35,879 bases of DNA from Candidatus Geohabitans tengchongensis (lineage in GTDB: Bacteria > Sysuimicrobiota > Sysuimicrobiia > Sysuimicrobiales > Humicultoraceae): NCBI GenBank assembly GCA_031459625.1, contig JAVKIH010000024.1, positions 1 through 35,879 on the forward strand, in the 5' to 3' direction. Below, in pieces: positions 28,901 through 35,879 of this stretch. The translations under genes were made by a program, and so were the position numbers. Under the pieces are notes generated by a model that saw only the letters and a list, made by a program, of their open reading frames with translations, was not told where the DNA came from and did not search any database. Within the stretch, counting starts at the first letter, position 1. Each line of letters starts with the position of its first letter.

Positions 28901-29041
28901 GTAGCCGAGCTGGAGCAGCCCGATGACGAGCGTGCACAGCGCCGCCAGCAAGCCGCCCGCGGCGATGCCCAGCAGGGCGCGCAGGACGGGCAGGAGCGCC
29001 GCCGCGCCCGCCGTTAGCGCCCGGCGGCGTCCGCGCCCCAT
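25994..29041 (-). CDS. Membrane-anchored multi-GAF SpoIIE/PP2C phosphatase fused to an RsbW-like HATPase domain
   Basis: N-terminal TM helices and three GAF-like segments; [50 protein letters not shown]. Exact start uncertain. Confidence 0.9.
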   Translation of the reverse strand: MGRGRRRALTAGAAALLPVLRALLGIAAGGLLAALCTLVIGLLQLGYRREFLLLYVPGVLVVAHLTGLMPGVVAALGSALLALAFLEAPAGQVVAKLRADLLPQTLYVLTLLLVAVAGSQYRAVQHRLHRDLLHARRREQDEALLVEVTDLLMRQPEEAVALEGVLRRLVPALGETAAVLRGEGARLTPGAQIGFGLFPRTWQALTTDAAVVEALTRAAGPAVLGRGSGPVGLGEALAIDRAALLVAPMRFGDEALGALVLAARSARAFDGEAVRAAGAVADRLAAAVHRRRLAEQRRRRDRHTQFISDLMVEFARQQALPALLDRVATRCAETLGQWCAIGLVHAGQEVLRFDTIYHPQAERGDALRCGFGEERLSEHLRARRILEQGRPVVLTRGDLRGDALRALLDAPEGADDDPVVMAVPIYSGGRPLGLLVVGGRVGQRWDEEDLRLSLLIADRAGAAITNARLIEAERRARARAEEEAHRLQALNRIIALAAASTDLGPVFDEFAAALRVLVPFVRVTVSLYVPERDWLRMPYFSGPPLTAPPERFEGPRAGTVRGWVIDHGRPFIRHDTWREAEFAEDALLARAGIRAYLVLPLATEGRVIGTLNFGHAEPGAYTAEHVRLAQPVADQLAVVLSRRQLFEETRRLAGQLAETLQRALLPADLPQPPFTAVAAVYRPADPEARIGGDWYDAFLLPDDRLLVGIGDVAGHGPPAAATMGQVRHVARAYALEGRSPAEILRVVNDLLYQIPGGLHLSMWLALVDIYRGELVYSGGGHPPAVLQTNGEARLLHSSGPPLGIFTGLACTEERVPFPPGCRLVAYTDGLVEATRDIVEGERRLLEAMAEARAVEPGLAVTRLVDQVLAGGPQQDDLALLVLDALPPEAPLVLTLPAVPENLRRIRRAVRTFAERVGAPHLATPIVLAVGEAVLNVVEHAYSGQPGVVTVRGEWQGEALTVLVADQGQWRAPVERGRGRGALIMRGLADEVVTRAGPRGTVVELRWQVGRQEVGT

Positions 29042-29388
29042 GCGCGAGCGGCGTTCACCGCGTCGGCCTCGCCCCGGAAGATGGGGAAGACCTCGTCCAA
29101 TCCGGTGATCGTGAACATGCGCTCGATCTGGGGCTGGGTGTAGATCAGGCCGAGGTTCCCTCCGGCCTCCCGCACCTGCTTCAGGGTCGCGGTGAGGACG
29201 GAGAGCGCGGTGCTGTCCAGGTAGGTGGTCTCCAGCAGGTTGACGATGAGTCGCGTGTGCCCCTCGGCCAGCAGGCCGTCGAGCGCCGCCTTGAGCTTGG
29301 GCGAGGTGTAGAGGTCGAGCTCGCCCGCCACGTCGAGGAGTGGCACGCCGTCCACCTTGCGGACCTGCACCTGGATGTCCACCGGCAC
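29014..29388 (-). CDS. STAS domain anti-anti-sigma factor (RsbV/SpoIIAA-like)
   Basis: GELDLYTSPKL, YLDSTAL (phosphoacceptor Ser), FTITGL. Confidence 0.92.
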   Translation of the reverse strand: MPVDIQVQVRKVDGVPLLDVAGELDLYTSPKLKAALDGLLAEGHTRLIVNLLETTYLDSTALSVLTATLKQVREAGGNLGLIYTQPQIERMFTITGLDEVFPIFRGEADAVNAARAWGADAAGR

Positions 29389-29851
29389 ACTCCCCCTTCA
29401 GCCTCCGTCAGCCTTCCGCGTCCCTCTCCGGACCCGACCGCCGAGTCCCCCCAACCTCCCCCCGCACTACGTCTAAACCGGCGACGAAGTGGGCAGGAGG
29501 CAGGTGGCGGGGGCGACGGGCCTCCTCGACCTGGAACCGGTCCGATCGGCGCGGCCGCCTCCCACGTGAAGTGACCTGCTGCCGAGGGCTGGCCGCCTCT
29601 CCCCCGCCGTCTTCCTCCCCCTCTCGGACGCCGCCCCGCGCCTCCGGCCGGGGCGGCGATCACTCCCGCCCGCGCCACAGACACGTCCGCGTCCGACTTT
29701 CCTCCGGCGACTCTCCACCATGATGGACTACCGTGCCCGGCTTCTCAAGGTGCGAGAGGCGCACGCCCCCTGCCCGTCGGGACATCTTCCGCATCCGGGG
29801 CGGCGCACGGTCAGTGGGCGGTGCGGTCCTCCAGGGGGCGGGAGGGGAGCA

Positions 29852-29860
29852 TGCTATACT
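29852..29860 (+). promoter_or_regulatory. Extended -10 promoter element (TG-c-TATACT)
   Basis: TGCTATACT 13 nt upstream of the ATG at 29874. Confidence 0.5.
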
Positions 29861-29873
29861 GACCTCACTGGGG

Positions 29874-30674
29874 ATGGCGCGTGCCCGGACCTTGACCGAA
29901 ATCGAGATCCGTCTGTTCGACCGGCCGCGGAAGCTGCCGTTTCGCGGGCGGTCCCTCAAGACCCTGTCGTCCATCCTCCGCCGCGAGGCCCGGCGTCCGG
30001 GCTCCTGGCTGGAGAAGGCCGCCGAGGTGGTGGAGACCCTCGCGGCCGAGGGGTGGCGGTACCGGGCCTTCACCGGCAAGAACCTGATCCTGGCCCACCT
30101 GAAGCCCATCAGCAGCGAGGAGATGCGGGCCTACCTCTCCCGGCGCTTCGGGGAGGAGGTGCTGGCGCACATCGCGGTCTATGAGCCCACGGGCGACGGC
30201 CCGCCGCCGCTCCCCAAGGCCGACGACGAGCTGACGCGGGAACTGCGCCGCCTCATCGGCGCCGAGAACCACCAGGAGGACCTCTACCTGGGCCACCCGC
30301 CGGAGGAGCTCAGCGAGCTGCTCCTGGACATGTCCTTCCTGGCCCAGGAGGCGCTCGACGACGTCGAGGTCTCCTCCGCGCTGGAGCGCCTGCGGGAGGA
30401 GCACGAGCAGGACGCCCTCTACCGCGACCTGCACGCCCGCTACCAGGCGCTCAGCGGGCGTACCAGCATGGGAGACCCTGCGGCCGAGGAGGCCTACTGG
30501 GACCTCTTCTCCCACATGTCCCGCCGGCTCGCCCGGCTCATCCCGGCGCTGCGCGGCTTCCTGGAGCGGCGCGGCTTCAGCGACCTCTGCGAGCACGAGG
30601 CCACCGCCTTCCTCACCGCCGCCCTCTCCCAGGCCCTCTCCTACATCGACGCGCACGACGACGAAGACCAGTGA
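29874..30674 (+). CDS. Hypothetical protein
   Basis: Host-like codon usage from the ATG at 29874; GTGA overlap with the peptidase gene; no family recognised. Confidence 0.75.
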   Translation: MARARTLTEIEIRLFDRPRKLPFRGRSLKTLSSILRREARRPGSWLEKAAEVVETLAAEGWRYRAFTGKNLILAHLKPISSEEMRAYLSRRFGEEVLAHIAVYEPTGDGPPPLPKADDELTRELRRLIGAENHQEDLYLGHPPEELSELLLDMSFLAQEALDDVEVSSALERLREEHEQDALYRDLHARYQALSGRTSMGDPAAEEAYWDLFSHMSRRLARLIPALRGFLERRGFSDLCEHEATAFLTAALSQALSYIDAHDDEDQ

Positions 30675-32125
30675 GCTTGACCATCGAGGAGTTCCAGACC
30701 CGGCTGGAGGGTCTGGAGGTCGAGCTCAACCGCGAGACCTGCCGGCAGTACGCGGGGTGGCCCTACGACGAAGCCCGCATGGAGGCGCTGAGCCGCCAGA
30801 TCGAGGCCCTCGCCCGCGACGCCCTGGCCGCGCTTCCCCCCGAGGCCTTCCCCCGCCCGCTCCACTTCGCCGCCCTGCGCGCCGCGGCCGCCTCCACCTA
30901 TACCCGGCTGGACAACGAGATCTACCGGCTGCGCAGCGAGGCGGTGCAGGTGGCGGAGGGGGACGAGGTCGTCACCCTCAGCACCTGGCGGCGCTTCAAC
31001 CACCGCCACGCCCGCGACCGGGCCCGCCGGCGCCGCGTCTTCGACGGCCTGCTGGAGCAGGCCCGGGTCCTCACCCCGCTCCTGGCGGAGCGCATGGCGC
31101 TGAGCCGACGCGTCTTCGCGCCGCTGGGGCTGACGCCGCTGGACGTCTACCTGGAGGAGGAGGGCGTGGACGCGGCCACCCTGCGCGGGCTGGTCGAGCG
31201 CACCGCCCGCGCCGCCTACCCGGCCTTCCGCGCCGAGCTCGACGCCTTCGCCGCGGAGCTGCTGGGGGGCCCGGCGGAGTACTACGACGACTTCTACGTC
31301 TTCGGGCACGTCATCTACGCGCCCGTGGACCCCGCCGTGGCCGCGCTCGACGTCCCGGCGCTGGTCGGGGAGGTCTGCCGGCGCCTGGGCTTCGACCTGG
31401 CGCGCATCACCGTGGACGCCGAGCCGCGCCCCGGCAAGCACGCCTCCCCGGTCTGCTTCGGAGTGCACATCCCCCACGAGGTCTACGTCCTCTACCAGCG
31501 CACCAGCCCGACCAGCGACTACACGGGCTACGCCCACGAGATGGGCCACGCGCTGCACTTCGCCTCCGTCGATCCGGCGCGCAGCTACACCGACCGCTAC
31601 CTCATCCCCGCCGGCGTGGCGGAGCTCTTCAGCACGCTCCTGGAGACGCTGGCGGTCCACCCACGCTTCCTGGTGGAAGAGGCGGACCTGCCCCCTGCCG
31701 TGGCGGACGACCTGGCCCGCCGCGAGCGGTTCCTGCAGCTCTATTTCCTGACCTTCTACGGCGCCAACGCCCTCTTCAAGCTGCGCTACTGGACGGAGCA
31801 GCCCGACATGGACGGCGCCGACGCCCTCTACGCCGCGCTGTACCGCGAGCTGGTCGGCCTGCCCATGCCCGGGCGCTACTGGCAGACCCACCACGTCGTG
31901 GCCCTCTACGACGTCTACGCCCCCTCCTACCTGATCGCCCGCGTGCGCACCGAGGAGCTGTGGGCGGAGCTCGTGGCGCGCTTCGGGCCGACCTGGTGGC
32001 GCGAGGCCGCAGCCGGCGCGTTCCTGCGTGAGGCGCTGATGGGCCCCGGCCGGGCGGTGCGGCTGGACGCGTTCTCCCGCCTCGACCCCACCCCGTACCT
32101 GCGGTCGCTGGAACTGGCGGCGTGA
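30671..32125 (+). CDS. HEXXH zinc metallopeptidase (M3/M32-like gluzincin)
   Basis: RPGKHASPVC, AHEMGHALH, downstream AELFS, YAPSYL. Confidence 0.8.
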   Translation: MSLTIEEFQTRLEGLEVELNRETCRQYAGWPYDEARMEALSRQIEALARDALAALPPEAFPRPLHFAALRAAAASTYTRLDNEIYRLRSEAVQVAEGDEVVTLSTWRRFNHRHARDRARRRRVFDGLLEQARVLTPLLAERMALSRRVFAPLGLTPLDVYLEEEGVDAATLRGLVERTARAAYPAFRAELDAFAAELLGGPAEYYDDFYVFGHVIYAPVDPAVAALDVPALVGEVCRRLGFDLARITVDAEPRPGKHASPVCFGVHIPHEVYVLYQRTSPTSDYTGYAHEMGHALHFASVDPARSYTDRYLIPAGVAELFSTLLETLAVHPRFLVEEADLPPAVADDLARRERFLQLYFLTFYGANALFKLRYWTEQPDMDGADALYAALYRELVGLPMPGRYWQTHHVVALYDVYAPSYLIARVRTEELWAELVARFGPTWWREAAAGAFLREALMGPGRAVRLDAFSRLDPTPYLRSLELAA

Positions 32126-32193
32126 CGCGCCGCGGCGGGCCGGCCGGACGGTCACCGCGGGCCTCCTCCCCGTCCCGGGCGCTGCCGTAGAAT

Positions 32194-32218
32194 GTTTAGG
32201 AACCGTTTCCCCGGGTAG
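32194..32218 (+). promoter_or_regulatory. SigB/SigF-type promoter candidate
   Basis: GTTTAG-N13-GGGTAG immediately upstream of a STAS gene; TAGAAT at 32188-32193 is also present. Confidence 0.5.
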
Positions 32219-32231
32219 GAAGTTGTTAGAG

Positions 32232-32615
32232 ATGCGTACCGCTGCCGAGTCCCATCCCTGGGGCACCCTCTTCACCATCCAGGGGGAGGTCGATCACCTG
32301 GAGGGACGGCGCCTCTTCGAGGACCTCTACCGCTGCCTGAACGGGCCGCTGGTCATCGACGCCTCGGGCATCGAGTACATCGACACGGGCGGCATCGCGG
32401 CGATCATGGAGATCCTCAAGCACGTGCGCAACCGTCAGGGGCTGGTGGTGATCGCCGGAGCCACCTCGCACGTGGGCGAGATCTTCGAGATCGCCGGCTT
32501 CGGCCGCCTGCGCCCCTGGCTGGTGCTGGCTCCGACGGTGGAGGAGGGCATCCGGATGGCCCAAGAGTGGCGCCGCACCGCCCCCTCCGCCTCCCAGACC
32601 GCCTCGAGTTCCTGA
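32232..32615 (+). CDS. STAS domain protein
   Basis: QGEVDH, IDASGIEYIDTGG, IFEIAG. Confidence 0.85.
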   Translation: MRTAAESHPWGTLFTIQGEVDHLEGRRLFEDLYRCLNGPLVIDASGIEYIDTGGIAAIMEILKHVRNRQGLVVIAGATSHVGEIFEIAGFGRLRPWLVLAPTVEEGIRMAQEWRRTAPSASQTASSS

Positions 32616-32633
32616 CCCTCGGGGACCGCCCGC

Positions 32634-33743
32634 CTACCCCTCTGCTCCGCCTCCCCCACCGGCGCGGGCCCGGTCGGCCCGGCGGACGTCCCGCCGTACC
32701 GCGTTCAGGATCTCGCCCACGATGACCTGCAGGGCCGCCGCCACCGGCACCGAGAGGAGCGCCCCCATGATCCCCAGCAGGCGCGCCCCCACGATCAGGG
32801 CGATGATCGTCAGCAGCGGCGAGAGCCCCACCGCCGCCCGCATCACCCGCGGCACGACTAGGTTGCCCTCGACCTGCTGAATGACGGTGTAGAGGGCGAT
32901 CACCAGCACCACCTTCACCCACGGGCCCTGGAAGAGGGCGACCAGCACCGCCGGGACTGCCCCCAGGATGGGGCCGATGATGGGGATCACCTCCGTCAGG
33001 CCGGCGATGAGGCCGAGGAGCAGGGCGAAGCGGATGCCGAGGAGCGCCGTCCCCACGCCGGCGGCCACGCCGATGATGGTCATCAGGATGACCTGCCCGC
33101 GCAGCCACCCGCCGAACTTCTGCCCGATGGCGAGCAGGACCGCCTCCACGCGCTCCCGCTGCTCCGCCGGGAAGAGGGTGAGGAACTGCTCCTTGATGGC
33201 GCGGGCCTCCAGCAGCATGTAGAAGGTCATGAAGAGGACGGTGACGAGCGCGGCCAGGCCACCGAAGACGCGGAAGACCACTCCGGCGGCGGTCCCCAGG
33301 TGGCGGCTCAGGCCGGCCAGGCGCTCGGGCAGGCCGGTCAGGTAGCCGGAGAGGTTCGGCAGCCAGGGGTAGCGGGCCGTGAAGCGGTCGAGGGTCCGGC
33401 CGAGGTTGTTCAGGATGTCGGGGAGCTGCTGCAGGAAGGCGGTGGCCTCCGCCACCAGCGGGGTGAGGATGATGCTCCCCAGGGTGCCGATCACCAGGAA
33501 GAGGGCGGCGTAGAGGACGAGGATGGCCACGGGCTGCGAGAGGCGCAGGTCGCGGCGCCCCACCCGCAGGCGCTGCCGCTCGATGGCGGTGACCATGGGG
33601 CTGAACCCGGTAGCGAGGATGGCGGAGATGAGGATGAGGACCAGGATGTCGGTGAGGAGGAGGAGCAGCCGGGCCAGGCCGATGAGGACCAGGGAGGTCA
33701 CCACGACCAGGGCCGTGGTGAGGACGACGTCACGCGGGCGCAT
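32634..33743 (-). CDS. AI-2E family transporter (PerM-like)
   Basis: GWLRGQ, EVIPIIGP, QQVEGNLVVPRVM, GALLSVPVAA. Confidence 0.92.
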   Translation of the reverse strand: MRPRDVVLTTALVVVTSLVLIGLARLLLLLTDILVLILISAILATGFSPMVTAIERQRLRVGRRDLRLSQPVAILVLYAALFLVIGTLGSIILTPLVAEATAFLQQLPDILNNLGRTLDRFTARYPWLPNLSGYLTGLPERLAGLSRHLGTAAGVVFRVFGGLAALVTVLFMTFYMLLEARAIKEQFLTLFPAEQRERVEAVLLAIGQKFGGWLRGQVILMTIIGVAAGVGTALLGIRFALLLGLIAGLTEVIPIIGPILGAVPAVLVALFQGPWVKVVLVIALYTVIQQVEGNLVVPRVMRAAVGLSPLLTIIALIVGARLLGIMGALLSVPVAAALQVIVGEILNAVRRDVRRADRARAGGGGGAEG

Positions 33744-33864
33744 CGCTCCTAGGGGTTCGGCCCGGGAGGAAGGGGTTCCTGGACGGAAGGCCGCCGGCGC
33801 ACCGCGCGGCGCCGGAGCACGCCGGGGCCGAGGACGGCGCGGGGTGTGGTGCCCGACCGTCGCG

Positions 33865-33894
33865 TTGACATCCCTCTGGGCGGACGGCTACGAT
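33865..33894 (+). promoter_or_regulatory. Sigma-70-type promoter of tRNA-Asn
   Basis: TTGACA (33865) - 18 nt - TACGAT (33889). Confidence 0.7.
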
Positions 33895-33923
33895 GAGGCA
33901 GGGTCAGTCGACGGCAAGCGCGT

Positions 33924-33999
33924 TCCGCGGTAGCTCAACTGGTAGAGCGTCCGGCTGTTAACCGGAGGGTTGCAGGTTCGAGTCCTGCCCGCGGAGCCA
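33924..33999 (+). tRNA. tRNA-Asn (GTT)
   Basis: 76 nt; acceptor stem TCCGCGG/CCGCGGA, D-arm GCTC/GAGC, anticodon stem TCCGG/CCGGA with loop CTGTTAA, T-loop GGTTCGAGTCC, encoded CCA. Confidence 0.97.
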
Positions 34000-35499
34000 T
34001 TTGTTCCAGTCTTCGAACCGCTGGGGGTTGGGTAACCCGTACCAGACCTCCACGGTTCGACGATCATGGACCAGCACCTTCTTCACCAGCCGGTGGAGGA
34101 GGTACTTCTTTTGAGGGGCCGGCCCCTCGGCCATGACCCGCTCGAAGTTCTCGACGAGGGCGACCAGCATCTCCCGGTCGACGGCCGGCAGCTCCAGCCT
34201 TTCCCGCCGCGCCTCGAGGTCGCGCTTCTCGCCCTCCAGCTCCTCCAGGCGGGCGCGGAGGTCGCGGACCTTCTCGTTGCAGAGTTCGGGCGTCAAGGTC
34301 CCCGCCTCGAAGGCCTCGAAGTAGCGGTCCATCGCCGCCTGTGTCTTGGCGGCCTGCGCCTCGACCTTCCCGATCTCCTTCTCCAGGATCGGCTTCTCGG
34401 TCCCGAGCCGCTTGTTCGCCTCCGCCCAGACGCGTGCCATGAACTGCTCGTCGCGGAACATCGCCTTGATGTCCTCGGTGACCGCCGCCTCCAGGAGCTC
34501 GGCCCGCACGTACTCCTGCTCGCAGTCGTGGTCGTTGAAGCGCTTCGAGCAGACGTAGTACGGGACGTGGACGCCCTTCTTGTAGCCCCCGCCGCCGAAC
34601 ATGTGGCTCTTGCAGCGGGCGCACTTGATGATGCCCGTGAGGAGCCGCTCGTCGCCGTTGTGCCATTGGCGGCCCTTGAGGTCCTCGTGCCGCTCCTGGA
34701 GCACCTCGTTCGCCTTCTGGAAGAGTACCTCCGACACGAGCGGGTCGTGCTGCCCCTCGTAGAGGACCTCGCGCCAGCGGATCTTCCCCACGTAGACCGG
34801 GTTCTTGAGCATGTAGAGGACGACGCGCCGGCCCCACTTCCGGCCGTTGCGGTTCCGGTGTCCGGCCTCGTTGAGCTCGTTGCAGATCGCCGACGCGCCC
34901 TCCTTCCCCAGGGCGTACATCTTGAACATCTTGCGGACGATAAGGGCCTCCTCCTCGTGGACGACCAAGCCCTTCTTCTCCGGGTCGAGCTGGTAGCCGT
35001 AGGGCACGTTGCCGCCCACGAAGTTCCCGCCCTTCGCCTTCTTCTCCATCCCGACCTTCGTGCGCTCGACGATGGTCGCGTGCTCGAACTCCGCGAAGAC
35101 GCCGAGCATCTGGAGCATCATCTTCCCGGCGGCGTTCGACGTGTCGAAGGGCTCGGTGATGCTCTTGAAGGTGACGCCGTTCTTCGTGAGCTCGTCCACC
35201 ATCTGGGCGAGCTCGCGGACCTTGCGGGAGAGCCGGTCGACCCGGAAGACGAGGAGCGTGTTGAAGGCCCGCGCCTCGGCGTCGTAGAGCATCTCCTCGA
35301 GTCCGGGCCGGTTCATGTGGGTGCCGGACTCGGTGTCGCGGTAGACCTTGTGGAGCTGCCACTCGTCGTCCCACTGCGCCTTGCAGAAGGCCTCGAGCCG
35401 CTCCTTCTGCGCGCCGAGCGAGTACTTCTGGTGGTCCTCGTCGGTCGAGATGCGGGTGTAGAACGCGATCCGCGGGGGCTCGCGCTTCTCGTCACGCAT
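33958..35499 (-). CDS. Large serine recombinase (integrase)
   Basis: YTRIST catalytic motif, DRLSR, PYGY recombinase domain, NPVYVG, zinc ribbon CARC...YYVC...C, coiled coil. Confidence 0.95.
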   Translation of the reverse strand: MRDEKREPPRIAFYTRISTDEDHQKYSLGAQKERLEAFCKAQWDDEWQLHKVYRDTESGTHMNRPGLEEMLYDAEARAFNTLLVFRVDRLSRKVRELAQMVDELTKNGVTFKSITEPFDTSNAAGKMMLQMLGVFAEFEHATIVERTKVGMEKKAKGGNFVGGNVPYGYQLDPEKKGLVVHEEEALIVRKMFKMYALGKEGASAICNELNEAGHRNRNGRKWGRRVVLYMLKNPVYVGKIRWREVLYEGQHDPLVSEVLFQKANEVLQERHEDLKGRQWHNGDERLLTGIIKCARCKSHMFGGGGYKKGVHVPYYVCSKRFNDHDCEQEYVRAELLEAAVTEDIKAMFRDEQFMARVWAEANKRLGTEKPILEKEIGKVEAQAAKTQAAMDRYFEAFEAGTLTPELCNEKVRDLRARLEELEGEKRDLEARRERLELPAVDREMLVALVENFERVMAEGPAPQKKYLLHRLVKKVLVHDRRTVEVWYGLPNPQRFEDWNKWLRGQDSNLQPSG

Positions 35500-35879
35500 G
35501 GCGGGCCGCCCCTTTGAACATCTTCCTGACGATGATGGCCTCCTGCTCGTGGACGGCGAGGCCCTTTGCCGGGTCCAGCCGGTAGCCGTAGGGCACGACG
35601 CGTTCCGCTCCTTCCACAGTCAGCAGTTCCACGCCGACGGCGCGGAGCGCGCCCAGGATGGTCTCCAGGAGCGTCGCGCTCCGGGCCAGGCGGGCGATGT
35701 CGCGGACGACCACGCGGCGCAGTCCGCCTCGGCGGGCATCGGCCAAGAGGCGGCGGAGCGCGGGCCGGTCGGCGTCAAGGCCGGACTTCCCGGGATCGGC
35801 GTAGACGGCCATGCTCCCGGCGTCCTCCACGAGGCCGAACGCCTCCCGGCCCTGGGCCTCGCAGGCGGTTCCGGCGGCG
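34000..35879. mobile_element. Edge of an integrative element/genomic island at tRNA-Asn
   Basis: Recombinase genes directly abut the tRNA 3' end with no terminator; by eye, lower GC and Lys-richer coding than the host genes. Confidence 0.8.
35492..35879 (-). CDS. Small serine recombinase-domain protein (5' end beyond the window)
   Basis: Frame open to the window edge; YADPGKSG...RPALRRLL...RDIARLAR; tail VPYGYRLDP...RKMFK; 8-nt overlap with the integrase start. Confidence 0.75.
   Translation of the reverse strand, partial: AAGTACEAQGREAFGLVEDAGSMAVYADPGKSGLDADRPALRRLLADARRGGLRRVVVRDIARLARSATLLETILGALRAVGVELLTVEGAERVVPYGYRLDPAKGLAVHEQEAIIVRKMFKGAARHA

Noticed and set aside
29495..29569. 21-aa ORF MAGATGLLDLEPVRSARPPPT after AGGAGG
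   Set aside because: RBS spacing is only 3 nt and codon usage in the second half is poor.
1..35879. CRISPR array, IS element or rRNA
   Set aside because: No regularly spaced repeats, transposase motifs or rRNA-like sequence seen by eye.

Overview
Very GC-rich bacterial window; the taxon cannot be fixed from the sequence. Left to right: (1) the start of a DMT/EamA gene and an apparent rearrangement or assembly junction near 357; (2) a + strand block with a 5'-truncated hydantoinase B, a zinc-ribbon NUDIX hydrolase, a Tat-exported HAAT/Liv-type ABC transporter and a DUF402 protein; (3) a long - strand catabolic region with an M29-like metallohydrolase, cyclase, VOC protein, C-N hydrolase, SDR, DUF1989, a second Liv-type ABC transporter and a lone molybdo-hydroxylase large subunit; (4) a - strand stretch with a cyclase-STAND-TPR protein, an AhpD/CMD-like gene, a Cys-cluster TrmB regulator with a palindromic operator, and a truncated exported helical protein; (5) quinone oxidoreductase and partner-switching genes (two STAS proteins, one GAF-PP2C-HATPase), an HEXXH peptidase and an AI-2E transporter; (6) tRNA-Asn(GTT) and the edge of an integrated element carrying two serine recombinase genes. 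The best hidden signal is the AhpD/CMD gene, which the ORF track splits in two. It reads as one probable selenoprotein (C-T-Y-UGA = CxxU) with a perfect SECIS-like hairpin whose loop starts 17 nt after the UGA. Second best is the large serine recombinase, whose C-terminus and stop codon are encoded antisense inside the tRNA it appears to have integrated into. All family calls come from motif recognition by eye; no searches were run.
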